IMG/VR virus record: IMGVR_UViG_3300005573_000052
Direction: 5' to 3' (one strand)
Source of the DNA: a virus
DNA length: 64,000 bases
Shown here one piece after another: positions 9,053 through 19,400 of this stretch. Below the pieces are notes generated by a model. The model did no database searches. It worked only from the letters and a program-made list of their open reading frames with translations, and was not told where the DNA came from. A program made the translations under genes and the position numbers. Each line of letters begins with the position of its first letter. Within the stretch, counting starts at the first letter, position 1.

Positions 9053-10291
9053 ATGCACAAAGGTTACAGTTTCCGCCTTTACCCGACAGAGACCCAAAAG
9101 GCTCTGCTTGAAAAGCATTTTGGTTGCGCTAGATGGGTCTATAATTGGGCTCTGGAACAGAAAATCGCCTATTACCAGAAAGAAAAAAAGGGAGTGTCAA
9201 TGTATGAGGTGGCAAGGGAATTGACCAAGCTAAAGCGTGAAGAGGGGAAAGAATGGCTTCAAGAAGTGTCGAGTCAGTCTCTCGGCTATTCCATGATGCA
9301 TTTGGATAGAGCTTTTACTAATTTTTTCAAGCACAAAAAGGGATTTCCTAAGTTCAAAAGCAAGAAAAAGAGCCGAGCGAGTTTCACTCACAATTTGAGT
9401 AACGATCTCAACGAAGAGAAGGGGCTTGTTTACGCAACCAATTTTAGAGAGGGGATAAGATGTGTTTTCACTCGTCCTGTCGAAGGGAAGATTAAGCGGA
9501 TGACGTTTTCCCGGACCAAGACGGGAAAATACTATGTCGGGATATTAGTCGAGACCCCGGAGGAGTTCCCCACACCCCCGCCTCCAAGGGAAGAACTCTC
9601 CGTAGGAATAGACTTAGGGCTGAAGACGTTTGCAACATTAGACGACGGAACCAAGATTGATACCCCGAAATTCCTTCAAGGTTCCCTCCAAAGGCTCAGG
9701 CGAGCGCAAAAGCATTTAAGTCGCTGCCAATATGGGTCCAAAAATTGGGAAAAGGCGCGTGACAAGGTGGCCAGACTGCATGAGCACGTAGCTAACTCCC
9801 GAAAAGATTTTCTGCACAAGGTCAGTCATAAACTAGTATGCGATAATCAAGCTACTACGTTATGCATTGAAAACTTGGACATAACAGAAATGATAGAAAA
9901 GGCCCCTTCGCGGCGTAAAAGGTCGATTTACGACGCGGGGTGGAGGATGTTTAGGGGTATGCTAGAATACAAGTGCGAGTGGCACGGCAAAAATTTAATG
10001 ATGATAGGCCAGTTCGAGCCTTCAAGCAAGATATGCTCGTGCTGTGGGGAGATGAACAAAGACCTCGGCAAAAAACGAGAATGGACGTGTAAAAAATGTG
10101 AGACACACCACGACCGAGACATCAATGCCGCCAAAAACATAAAAAAAATAGCCTTTTGCAAGCAGAACACTGTGTCTGCCAAGATTTTACCGCCGGACAG
10201 GCGGGATGTTAAGCCTGTGGAGAGTTCCGTTTTGGAATTCAACGAAGCAGGAACGGAAAAGGATCGCCTAACTCCCTCACGGGGTGTATAG
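9053..10291 (+). CDS. tnpB: RNA-guided endonuclease TnpB (IS200/IS605 OrfB)
   Basis: KGYSFRLYPT HTH, FPKFKSKK, RuvC GIDLG / IENL / RDINAAKNI, zinc finger CSCC..CKKC. Confidence 0.95.
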   Translation: MHKGYSFRLYPTETQKALLEKHFGCARWVYNWALEQKIAYYQKEKKGVSMYEVARELTKLKREEGKEWLQEVSSQSLGYSMMHLDRAFTNFFKHKKGFPKFKSKKKSRASFTHNLSNDLNEEKGLVYATNFREGIRCVFTRPVEGKIKRMTFSRTKTGKYYVGILVETPEEFPTPPPPREELSVGIDLGLKTFATLDDGTKIDTPKFLQGSLQRLRRAQKHLSRCQYGSKNWEKARDKVARLHEHVANSRKDFLHKVSHKLVCDNQATTLCIENLDITEMIEKAPSRRKRSIYDAGWRMFRGMLEYKCEWHGKNLMMIGQFEPSSKICSCCGEMNKDLGKKREWTCKKCETHHDRDINAAKNIKKIAFCKQNTVSAKILPPDRRDVKPVESSVLEFNEAGTEKDRLTPSRGV

Positions 10292-10335
10292 ACGTAAACC
10301 GACTCTGGTGTCAATTTTCTTTCAAGGAGCCCACA
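10185..10335 (+). ncRNA. TnpB omegaRNA (scaffold to about 10314, then guide); 5' end uncertain
   Basis: CCGCC-GGACA-GGCGG stem, GCCTGTGGAG..hairpin..GAAGCAGGAA core, 3' GGTGTCAA able to pseudoknot with loop GACA. Confidence 0.7.
10283..10290 (+). promoter_or_regulatory. Late promoter GGTGTATA overlapping the tnpB stop, driving tail tube 1
   Basis: Motif, 46 nt before the ATG at 10336. Confidence 0.7.
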
Positions 10336-11298
10336 ATGCCTAACACATTTTTCCAAGGTGCCGAACTGGCCATGTCCAGCGGCGTAACGCCCGGAGTAAT
10401 GGCCAACATCCAGCGTCTTCAGGATGTCCGCATTGACTACCAGATTCCCCGCACCGAGGTCCGAACCTTGGGCCGTTTCAAACCCCTGAACGACCGCCCA
10501 GTAATCAATTATACCCCGGTTAACATGTCGGTCAGCTACGTCAAGTCTAACAAGGACGTAGAACGTAATTTAGGCATCCTGAACAGCACGGGTGTGGCTG
10601 TGCAAATCGGTCAGAATGTGGAACTTACAAGCTGGGGCTGTCGGAACTACACGCTTTACAACGCTCCGGTCACATCGCCCAACTACGCCAATGAGTGGGA
10701 CGTTGTCTCAGGCGTCCTCAAGTCGTTCGCGCTCAATGGGTCGGTTGGCCAGCCGGTCAACGGGTCGTTCAGTGTGGAAGCCCTTGATTTACAACAGGCT
10801 GCAAACAACACGGCTCGCACCATTCCCTCCTACTCGGGCAATGTCATCAAGCCGGAAAACACAATCATCACCGGCATCAATTTCACCGGACTTGGCTTTT
10901 CGGGCCTGATTGTCCAGTCGTTCAACCTCCAAACCGCCTTCAATTACGCCCAAACCTTCCGTATCGGCACCCAGTTCCCCGAGCGACGCATGACGGACGC
11001 CATGGCGAGTCTTCAAATCAGCGCGTTTATGGAGGGGACGACCAATACGGTTACCAGCCTGAACCAATATGCCTGTGGGACCTTCATTACCGGGCTTTAC
11101 GTGCTGACCATGCAGCCGAGTTGCACGACCGATGTTCCCACCACCGTAACCATGTCCTATCCCTATCTGGAAAGCCAGTCGCTGGGTGCGCAGGTGGGCA
11201 ATTATATCGCGGTGGAGCTGAGTTTTGTGACGCCCCTGAGCGTCGTGGCCTTTGAAGCAACCGGTGCGAATCAAGGGTCCAATCTGACTATTACCTAA
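10336..11298 (+). CDS. Tail tube-like protein (paralog 1)
   Basis: QRLQDVRIDYQIPRTEVRTLG motif shared with 11368 and 31175; synteny before chaperones and TMP. Confidence 0.65.
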   Translation: MPNTFFQGAELAMSSGVTPGVMANIQRLQDVRIDYQIPRTEVRTLGRFKPLNDRPVINYTPVNMSVSYVKSNKDVERNLGILNSTGVAVQIGQNVELTSWGCRNYTLYNAPVTSPNYANEWDVVSGVLKSFALNGSVGQPVNGSFSVEALDLQQAANNTARTIPSYSGNVIKPENTIITGINFTGLGFSGLIVQSFNLQTAFNYAQTFRIGTQFPERRMTDAMASLQISAFMEGTTNTVTSLNQYACGTFITGLYVLTMQPSCTTDVPTTVTMSYPYLESQSLGAQVGNYIAVELSFVTPLSVVAFEATGANQGSNLTIT

Positions 11299-11312
11299 AC
11301 CCTCCCGCGCTA

Positions 11313-11320
11313 GGTGTATA
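11313..11320 (+). promoter_or_regulatory. Late promoter GGTGTATA
   Basis: Intergenic, upstream of 11368. Confidence 0.75.
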
Positions 11321-11367
11321 AGGGGTGAGCCTTACCATCCCAAGTTTTCCCTTAACCCGCTCCCCAC

Positions 11368-12513
11368 ATGCCTGTTGATATCATTCGTCAAATCTACAAC
11401 GTCCTCGGCGTTTTCGTCGGCCCCTCTCCTGCCACTGGTTTCATGACCAGCTCGGGCACGGTTGCGTCGCCCATTTCGGGGGTTAACCTTCTCAATCCGA
11501 TCCCTCGCGTTCAGTCCGCTTCTATCGACCTGAGCATTCCCCGTCAGGATGTCAACCAGTTTGGTCAGCTTACCCGTTTGTCAAACGTAATTGTTGACAA
11601 CCCCGAAGTCTCCCTCAACCTCGAATACTTGCTCCTCGATGGCTACGCAGAAAGTATCCTTGGTTTTGCTGCCTCAGGACAGCAATCGTTTGTTTCGGGC
11701 TTTATAGATGGAACGCAGTCCGAGAAAAATTACTTCCTCGGCATCGCTCCGCAGGGAACTGACCTGATTAATTATTCCAGCCCTAATTCGATTAATGTCG
11801 CAGCTATCGGTAACGGCACCGTGTCAAACTACTCGCTGAATCTTGCCGTTGGTCAGATTCCCCGCGCAACCGTCACGATTCAAGGTAACAACTTCCAGAC
11901 CTACACGGGTTCGGCAAATAAGGCCTCTCCGGCCATCAACCCTTACACGGCTCTGCCAATTGTTGGTCCGCAATTTAGTCTGCCTACCATGTCGGGTTAT
12001 ACTGGGGTTAATCTACCGGCCTGTCTTCGCCCGGGCGACATTTCGCTTGCGCTAGGAATTTCGGGCTCGCCTTTTGATTATACCAGTGGGGTCGGCACAA
12101 TTCGTGTGCAAGGTCTTTCGATGTCAGTTCCAATCGCGCTCGACCCAATCAAACAACTCGGCAATCCTTATCCGATTGCTCGCCCGATTCGTTTCCCTGT
12201 CAATTGCACCTTGAGCATTGATGCGACCGTGGGTGATGTGCTCCAACAGAATGTGGCGAACTTGTTTTGTTCTGATTTGCCGGTCAATCTTGCCTTCACT
12301 TTGAACAACCCGAACTGCGCCCGTTCGCCGGACAACGCTATCACGGTGTGGTTCAATCAAGCCAAGCTTGAGAACCGCAACTACGCGGCATCCATCGGTC
12401 AAAATAGCACGGTGCGACTGAATTTTTCTAACCAACTTGGCGGTATCACTTCAAATTATCTCGGTCAAGGGGTCATTTTTAGCGGAAGCTATGGCGATAC
12501 CCCTGTAGCCTAA
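11368..12513 (+). CDS. Major tail tube protein (paralog 2)
   Basis: PRVQSASIDLSIPRQDVNQFGQ tube-like motif; own promoter and terminator suggest high expression. Confidence 0.7.
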   Translation: MPVDIIRQIYNVLGVFVGPSPATGFMTSSGTVASPISGVNLLNPIPRVQSASIDLSIPRQDVNQFGQLTRLSNVIVDNPEVSLNLEYLLLDGYAESILGFAASGQQSFVSGFIDGTQSEKNYFLGIAPQGTDLINYSSPNSINVAAIGNGTVSNYSLNLAVGQIPRATVTIQGNNFQTYTGSANKASPAINPYTALPIVGPQFSLPTMSGYTGVNLPACLRPGDISLALGISGSPFDYTSGVGTIRVQGLSMSVPIALDPIKQLGNPYPIARPIRFPVNCTLSIDATVGDVLQQNVANLFCSDLPVNLAFTLNNPNCARSPDNAITVWFNQAKLENRNYAASIGQNSTVRLNFSNQLGGITSNYLGQGVIFSGSYGDTPVA

Positions 12514-12530
12514 TCGTCCAAATCTCGAAG

Positions 12531-12559
12531 AACCGGTTGACGCAAGTCGCCGGTTTTTT
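12531..12559 (+). terminator. Rho-independent terminator
   Basis: AACCGG-TTGAC-GCAA-GTC-GCCGGTT followed by a T tract. Confidence 0.75.
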
Positions 12560-12560
12560 G

Positions 12561-12590
12561 TTGACATCTTCACCATAATCTTGCTAAACA
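12561..12590 (+). promoter_or_regulatory. Possible sigma70 promoter TTGACA-N18-TAAACA
   Basis: Upstream of the LAGLIDADG gene; imperfect -10. Confidence 0.45.
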
Positions 12591-12602
12591 ATACCCACTT
12601 TT

Positions 12603-13844
12603 ATGTTAACTCCTCATTATCGAATCGCGCCAGTTAAACCCGAAAACTCCGAAACAGAGAAACTGATTAGGCTATACTACGTGGAACAAAAACTTGGCCT
12701 TGAGAAAGCCGCAAGCAAGATGGGCCATACGGCAGGATGGATGATTGCCAGACTGAAGGGTCTTGGAATCCCGATAAGGGGGAGACTTGAGTGTCACAAG
12801 AAATATAAGGTTAATGAAAATTATTTTGAACGGATAGACTCCCACGAAAAGGCTCTCGTTCTTGGATTTATCTACGCAGACGGCTGCGTTCATCTCATGG
12901 ACGGCAAGACATTCAGAATGCAAATAGCGCTCCAACATCGGGACATCGACTACCTTGAATATATCAAAGGGTGTCTTGATTACGAAGGTCCAGTGAGAAC
13001 ACACCTATTAAAAAGGAACGGAAGGTATTACTCCTATCTGAACATTGGTAGTGACAAGATGTGTCGGGACCTGATAAAGTTGGGGTGTCACGAAAGAAAA
13101 TCTCTCGTATCCAAGTTCCCCACTGAGGAGCAAGTGCCCCGAGAGTTCCTGTCGTCGTTCATTTGTGGATTTTTCGACGGAGATGGAGGATATGGTCTAA
13201 GCAAGAAACCTTACGTGGATGCACTCTCCCTCAGTTTTGCCATATCTTATGACATGGCCCTCGTCTTTCAGGATTACCTAAAAGACCAATTGAGGGTTCA
13301 TGCCCATATGAGTAAAGAGCCAAGGGATGAAGGTAAGGACCCAAGGACCCACATTTGGAAACTACGCACCGGAGGAAACCCACAGACCCTGAGACTTGCT
13401 GATTGGATGTATTCCCATGCGCCGTTTAAGATGAAACGGAAATACGACATCTACCTGAGCGTTCGTCAGCATTACGACGAAAACCTCGTTTGGATCAAGC
13501 CTGCCCATTGGTTGCAAGAAGTAACCGAAAAAGCCAGAATCAATTCTACCGGACGGGTTTGCTCTGAAGAGACAAAACGAAGAATGAAAGCTTCGGCTTT
13601 GAGCAACAAGAATCGAAATAAATGGCATCCTCTCTCCATCAAGTCCCCTTCTGGTCAGGTCTACCACTCCAACTGTTGCTTCAAGCTTTACAAGGAAATT
13701 TTGAAGGACTTAGGGCTGCACAACACCTACCTCTCCAAGATGGCCTCCGGCAAGATCACTTGCTACAAAGGCTACACCATAGCCACCCCCGCCGAGGTTG
13801 CCGCCGCCCGCGAAAACGGCACGTTGGTTGAGAAAATCTACTAA
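12603..13844 (+). CDS. Free-standing LAGLIDADG homing endonuclease with N-terminal HTH and NUMOD3-like C-terminal segment
   Basis: LVLGFIYADGCV and FICGFFDGDGG motifs; CSEETKRRMKAS; AT-rich. Confidence 0.85.
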   Translation: MLTPHYRIAPVKPENSETEKLIRLYYVEQKLGLEKAASKMGHTAGWMIARLKGLGIPIRGRLECHKKYKVNENYFERIDSHEKALVLGFIYADGCVHLMDGKTFRMQIALQHRDIDYLEYIKGCLDYEGPVRTHLLKRNGRYYSYLNIGSDKMCRDLIKLGCHERKSLVSKFPTEEQVPREFLSSFICGFFDGDGGYGLSKKPYVDALSLSFAISYDMALVFQDYLKDQLRVHAHMSKEPRDEGKDPRTHIWKLRTGGNPQTLRLADWMYSHAPFKMKRKYDIYLSVRQHYDENLVWIKPAHWLQEVTEKARINSTGRVCSEETKRRMKASALSNKNRNKWHPLSIKSPSGQVYHSNCCFKLYKEILKDLGLHNTYLSKMASGKITCYKGYTIATPAEVAAARENGTLVEKIY

Positions 13845-13858
13845 ACCTCTCCTCCCCG

Positions 13859-13866
13859 GGTGTATC
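13859..13866 (+). promoter_or_regulatory. Late promoter variant GGTGTATC
   Basis: Immediately after the HEG, upstream of 13977. Confidence 0.65.
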
Positions 13867-13976
13867 TCCCCGTGACCCCGCCCAATGCGCCCGGTCAAGG
13901 TTTAAGGTTTCCGTTTCGTCTGTCAGGTCTCCAGTTCAGTCATCCCATTCCACCCCGGCACAAGGTTCCATTCCCC

Positions 13977-14315
13977 ATGTCTCTCCCCCCCGGCCAGTCT
14001 TCCCCGCTCTCTCTTGACCTCAATCAGTCAGTCCAATACGCGGTATCGCGCCAAGTCATCACGTTGATGAAGGAATATCTGGCTATCATGGAACAACTTG
14101 CGGAGGAGCACGATGAGGCTCTCGACAAACTCTGCGCCGCGCTGCCGCCCGAATATCACGCCTACGTCAACCTCGCCGACCATTTCACGGAGGAAAAGGA
14201 AGGACGGATTCGCAAGGCGGTCCTTGGGCGCGGCAACGACTGCAAGCGCGCCATATTGGAGGAACTGGACAAGTATGACTTGGAGTTCCGACACGCGCGC
14301 GACGCAGGCGACTGA
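13977..14315 (+). CDS. Hypothetical helical protein
   Basis: ORF downstream of a late promoter. Confidence 0.65.
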   Translation: MSLPPGQSSPLSLDLNQSVQYAVSRQVITLMKEYLAIMEQLAEEHDEALDKLCAALPPEYHAYVNLADHFTEEKEGRIRKAVLGRGNDCKRAILEELDKYDLEFRHARDAGD

Positions 14316-14374
14316 GCCTATTTTTACTTCACCTCATAGAATCTAACCCGGCATAAGGATACAGACACACCATC

Positions 14375-15322
14375 ATGGCTACCAAGCAACTCCACTCGTT
14401 CGTCATCACCCTCCCCAAAGAGGTCGAAGAAGTCACTGTGACCGAGGAAAACGGTCAGAAAGTCACGCGCTCCGGCAAGGTGACAAAACAGGTGGATCAC
14501 ACCATCATTCTCAAGGAGCCCTCGCGCCGCGAAAAGTCCGAGCTGGGGCTGTTCCAGAACGTGACCTACAGTCGCGCCATTACCAATGGGTTGCTGCCCA
14601 AGTTGGTCATGCAGCAGAAGATTGCCAAGGCCGACCCAACATCGTCCCTGTCAGAGGATGAGGACAAGAACCTTGATGCTGTCAATGCCCGGTTGCGCGA
14701 GATTGGGGCGGAGTATGTCCGAATCAACATTGCGGCCAAGGACGAGAAGGACGAGTCGGAGGAGACGAGGCTGCGGCGCGAACGGCTCGCCACCGAGTAT
14801 CTAGTCTTGCAGAAAAAGGCGATTGAAATCAACGCGGCTTATCAGACCGTGTTTGCGCACACCGCCGAGAACCACACTCAGTCCGAGACCCTCAAATGGC
14901 TCACACTATTCCTGACGTATGTCAAGGTCGGCGAAGAACAACGGCCCTTGTTCACGGGGGCGGATTTCGCAGCCAAGGAAAATCACTCCATTGACATGGA
15001 AGAGGCGGGCGATCCCCTGTATACCAAGTTGCTGGAACCAGACCCCCGCACCGGACTACCCCGCTTGTCAGCCTATTGGATGCTCTACCTGTTCAACCGG
15101 GCCAGCTCGGCTGCCGATTTCGCCAAGATTGAGGAGGAGTGGACCAAGCAGCACGAGGCTGAACGCAAAATGAGGGAGGAAGCTGAGAAGGCGGCTTTGG
15201 AGGATAAGGCGGAAGGTAAACCCGCAGAACCCTCTATCGAGGCTGTGGCTACCCCCCAAAACGCCCCTAGCGCGCCCGCTGCGGTAGTAGACCCGGCCCC
15301 CGAGCCCTCAGCGACGGTCTAA
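14375..15322 (+). CDS. Putative tail assembly chaperone (G-like position)
   Basis: Between tube and TMP; helical, acidic. Confidence 0.5.
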   Translation: MATKQLHSFVITLPKEVEEVTVTEENGQKVTRSGKVTKQVDHTIILKEPSRREKSELGLFQNVTYSRAITNGLLPKLVMQQKIAKADPTSSLSEDEDKNLDAVNARLREIGAEYVRINIAAKDEKDESEETRLRRERLATEYLVLQKKAIEINAAYQTVFAHTAENHTQSETLKWLTLFLTYVKVGEEQRPLFTGADFAAKENHSIDMEEAGDPLYTKLLEPDPRTGLPRLSAYWMLYLFNRASSAADFAKIEEEWTKQHEAERKMREEAEKAALEDKAEGKPAEPSIEAVATPQNAPSAPAAVVDPAPEPSATV

Positions 15323-15344
15323 GGGAGGGGTTTAGACCCTTCCT

Positions 15345-16337
15345 ATGCCCGCTCAACCCGCCCTTCCAGCCGCGCCCGTGGGGTTATCCACCCTGCGTCG
15401 CGCCTTCGTAGACATCTGCCGGGGTTATTCGGTCGGGTCTTACCGGGGGACACCAATCTACATCAAGCACCTAAACCACGTCAGTCATCTTGGGTTGGAC
15501 GAGATACAGGACAGATTTGAGCGCGAGGCCATAGCCAAGGGGGCAAAAACCGAGGCTCAGAGGCTAGAGGAGCTGAGGGCAGAAGGCAAATGGTCAGATG
15601 CCAAGGACCTAGACATAGAACGCCAGCGTGACGCCGTTTGGCGATTTGAGGAGGGCCGGAAGAGCATTGTCGCACCGCCTAGTGTTCTACGTTCGCATGA
15701 CACCCAGATTGAGGGTGAGAAGAAGAAGCTGCTGGCGATGATGAACGAGAAGGCACAGTTGATAGGGTTGACAGCGGAGAACTACGCCCAGCGGCTGGTC
15801 AGCGACCATTACATCATCGTCAACCTGTTCGCGGACAAGGAGTTAGCCAGCCCCATGTTTCGCGCCGAGGACTACGACGAGTTCCCCGATTCGGACGTAG
15901 AGGAAATCATGGAGGCTTACGCGGCGGCGGTGGAACCGTGTGCCGAGGCTAACATCCGCAGATTGGCGGTGGCCGACTTCTTCACCTCCTACTACCACCT
16001 GTGTAATGACGACCTGTCGTCCTTTTTTGGCAAGCCCGTCTGCGAACTGACCTACCACCAAGTGCGGCTTGGCAACGTAGCGCGGTATTTCAAGTCGTTG
16101 ATGGAGAATGTAGATACGACAACGCTAGACCCCAAGACACGCAACGACCCAGATGCGCTTGAGCGGGCGTTCAGTGCTAGCAAGGCCAAGAGCAAGATGG
16201 AGGAGAGCGGGCAGGTTCCAGTCGGTATGAGTGCGAGCGATATCAAGGAAATGGGATTGGAAAACCGGTTGTCACAGGTCCGGGGAGAAGAGTCCGGGTT
16301 AGACATCATCAAGCGACTGCGCGGACAGGCGCGTTAG
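15345..16337 (+). CDS. Putative tail assembly chaperone (T-like position)
   Basis: Directly before the TMP; YYHLCNDDLSSFFGKPVCELTYHQ resembles chaperone C-termini. Confidence 0.5.
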   Translation: MPAQPALPAAPVGLSTLRRAFVDICRGYSVGSYRGTPIYIKHLNHVSHLGLDEIQDRFEREAIAKGAKTEAQRLEELRAEGKWSDAKDLDIERQRDAVWRFEEGRKSIVAPPSVLRSHDTQIEGEKKKLLAMMNEKAQLIGLTAENYAQRLVSDHYIIVNLFADKELASPMFRAEDYDEFPDSDVEEIMEAYAAAVEPCAEANIRRLAVADFFTSYYHLCNDDLSSFFGKPVCELTYHQVRLGNVARYFKSLMENVDTTTLDPKTRNDPDALERAFSASKAKSKMEESGQVPVGMSASDIKEMGLENRLSQVRGEESGLDIIKRLRGQAR

Positions 16338-16362
16338 CCTCGTCAATCCCCCCATCAGCACA

Positions 16363-16370
16363 GGTGTATA
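16363..16370 (+). promoter_or_regulatory. Late promoter GGTGTATA
   Basis: Intergenic, upstream of the TMP. Confidence 0.75.
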
Positions 16371-16449
16371 GGGATGCGCAAGCGATGTCCGCCCGGACGC
16401 GCGCGGCACAAGGTCAGGTTCTCTTCTAGTTTCTCTCCCCCAAGGTCAC

Positions 16450-19400
16450 ATGGCCATACCTCCAGTCCAACTCCCCGTTGATGTCTATCTCACCGATAAG
16501 AGCCTCAACAACCTGCGCCGGTCGCTCAGCAACGTGCGCGGATTGGACGTGTTTGCGCAGGCCTCTCAGGGTGTCCGACAGTTCGAGGGGGCACTAGACC
16601 GCGCTAATCAGCGCGTAGTGCTGTTCGGTGCGTCCACCGCCATCCTGTATTCCGCCCTGCGCGGGTTTCAGGAACTGGGTCGCGCGACCCTGACGGTCGA
16701 GAAGAACCTCATCGCCATCAACAGCATCTTCAAGCTGACTAATACCCAGTTGAGTCAGTTCTCCAAGGACCTGTTTAACGTGGCGGTCGGCACCAGTCAA
16801 GCGTTTGAGAAGGTCGCGGACGCGGCACAGGAATTCGCGCGTCAAGGCCTAAGCGTGACCGAAACCACCAAGCGGACCAAAGACGCCATGATTTTGACCC
16901 GGTTGGCAGCGGTGGATACAGCCACGGCAGTCAATACCCTGACCGCGTCGATCAACGGGTTCCAGCGCGAAGCCTTGGACTCCACCACCATTGTCAACAA
17001 GCTGGCCAACGCCGACGCCGCATTCGCCGTGTCGGCCAAGGACCTGTCGGATTCGTTGGTGCGTGTGGGTTCCGCCGCTTCAGACGTAGGTGTCAGTTTT
17101 GACCAACTCATCTCGCTCGTCACTGCCACGAAGCAGATAACTGGGCGCGACGGCGCGGTTATCGCCCAAGCCCTTAACACCATTTTCACCCGTGTTGGGC
17201 GCAAGGACACGCAGGAGGCACTGGAGGGACTTGGCGTCCAGATGCGCGACTTGGCGACCAACAAGGCTTTGCCAACCATTCAGGTTTTGGCTAACTTCGC
17301 TCGCGTCTACGACAGCCTGACCGGCTCAACGCGCACTTGGGCGGCAGAACTGGTGGGTGGCGTGCGAAACCTCAATACCCTCAAGGCTGTGCTGGCGGAT
17401 TTGAGCAAGGAGAACAGCGTCTATGGGCAGGTTATGGGTGTGCTGGGCGACAAGACCAACGCCGCCTACATCCGCAATGAGGAGTTGAACAAGTCACTCG
17501 AAGCTACCATCGAGCGGATGAGTGTTGTCACCAAGCAAATCTACTCCAATATCGGCAATGTTGGGTTCAGTGGGCCGGTCAAGAGTCTGCTAAACGGTTT
17601 GACCAACAACGTTGTCACCGACGCCTTGCGCGATGCAGATGGCACCGCCGAGACGATGGGTGGGCAAATTGCTCAGGGGTTTATCAAGGGATTTGGTAAT
17701 GCGGTCGTGTTCGGGCTTGGCCCCGTGCTTCTCAAGGCCCTGCTGTCCATCTCGACACGCACCTTCCGAAACCTGATTGATGACGTTAAGCTGGCCAGCG
17801 GTCTGACCAAACAACAACAGATTCAGGCTGAGACCCAAGCTCAGATTGTGGGCCTGTATAACAGCGGCAATCAGGCTTTGATGCAGCAGTTGGCTAATGC
17901 TACGTCGCTGACCGAGCGATATCTGATATTGGAGCGAACCCTCCAGTCTATCCGGGCGTCCAACGCGGCCTTTGCATCTGAAGTAGCAGGGGCGACCTCC
18001 TTCTTGATTGGGCGCGGTTACAACCCCAAAGTTCCTCGACGCGCGGCAGGCGGATATCTACCCAGTGCCATTTCAGCGGAAAGTGCAGCGATTAGCATGG
18101 GTATTGGCGGGGCTCCAGCGGGGGCACGACCGGTTACCGTGCCAAATTTCAAGTTTGGGGGCGGGGTAATCGGACCTCTGGTGGCGAACACCAGCGAGTT
18201 CATCGTGCCAAATATGGCGGGCGGAGGCTCGGCGGTTTACAACCGCGAGATGATTCAGAAATTCGGTTTGCCACCCGGAGCCACCCCAGTTGCGGCAGGA
18301 GGGTATGTGCCGAATGCGGCGGGAGGAATGGATAGTTACGATTACTCATCTGAGATAGCGGCATTTGAGGCGCAGCAAAACCGTTCCCGTTACAATCCAA
18401 GACAGTATTCATCTCCTGCTGGTCCGCCTTTTCCCACTTCGGCTCAATGGAAAAAATTGGACCCCGTTGGATATCAGCGGTCTGCGGATTTTGAGCGAGC
18501 GCAAAAGGAACTTGAAAAGGTGGCGAAAGAAGAAGCTCGTCTCGCCAAGATGAAATTGGCCCAAATGGAAGCTGACTGGCAGCAAGAAGAAAGCTCCAGA
18601 GCTGTTAAGCGGGGTTTGACAAAAACCGAGATAGCTTTGTCCGAAAAACAACTCAGAAGTCATCGTGAAGAGGTGGCCCTTCGTCAGGAAGAACTCAGAG
18701 CGGCATTTCTGAAAAGAAAGAGTGTGAAAGAGGCTCCTTACGTGACTGCCCCGCCCTCGGGCAATTGGGAGGCTTATATCGCCTCTCTTCGGGCGAGACA
18801 GGTAGGTGGATCGTTTTTGGCCGGAGACATCCAAAGGATGATGGAGATAGAGGGGGTAATTCCTGCCAACGAAGCTCTCATGGGTTTGGGGAAAATTCAG
18901 ATTCCTCTTCGTCCTCCGGGAGGAGGGACCGGAATTATTGGGGCACCGTCTGCCCCTTCATGGATTTCTCGTGCCCGAGCACAACTAACTTCTCCCATCG
19001 GCAGAGTGGGGCTAGGTATTGGTGCTTCGTTTCTTGGTGGAACCGTTCCCGAGGGAAAAGGCGGCACAGCAAGTGGTATCGCCGGGGGAGCCTTATCCAA
19101 TGCTTTGACCTATGGGGGGGCGGCATTATCTTTCACTGGTAATCCCTATATTGGACTTGGAGCTGCCATAATAGGCGGAGCTGTTGGAGCAATATCAAAG
19201 TTCAATAAATCATTGGACGAGTTAGCGGAAGAAGTGGATCAGTTTAAGAAAAAACTCGCACAGGGAACTGAAGCGGGGGTTAACGTCCTGCGTTTACAGG
19301 AGGAAAAATTGGAGGCTTTGCGTCAAGGCAACACAGCTCGGGTTCAAGAAATTATCCGTCAAGTTGCAGTTGAAATGCGACAGGTGCGGCCAGAATATCT

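Larger units (their letters stand above)
8875..10314 (+). mobile_element. IS200/IS605-derived TnpB-only element; boundaries inferred (left: after TTGAT 8870-8874; right: TCAA 10311-10314)
   Basis: tnpB with omegaRNA, no tnpA; AT-rich relative to flanks; left boundary uncertain and could lie near 8990-9035. Confidence 0.55.

Noticed and set aside
9053-10291. TnpB as a nuclease-dead TldR-type regulator
   Set aside because: All three RuvC acidic residues (GIDLG, IENL, RDIN) are intact
15280-15345. Programmed -1 frameshift between the tail chaperones
   Set aside because: No slippery heptamer before the stop, and the ORFs do not overlap
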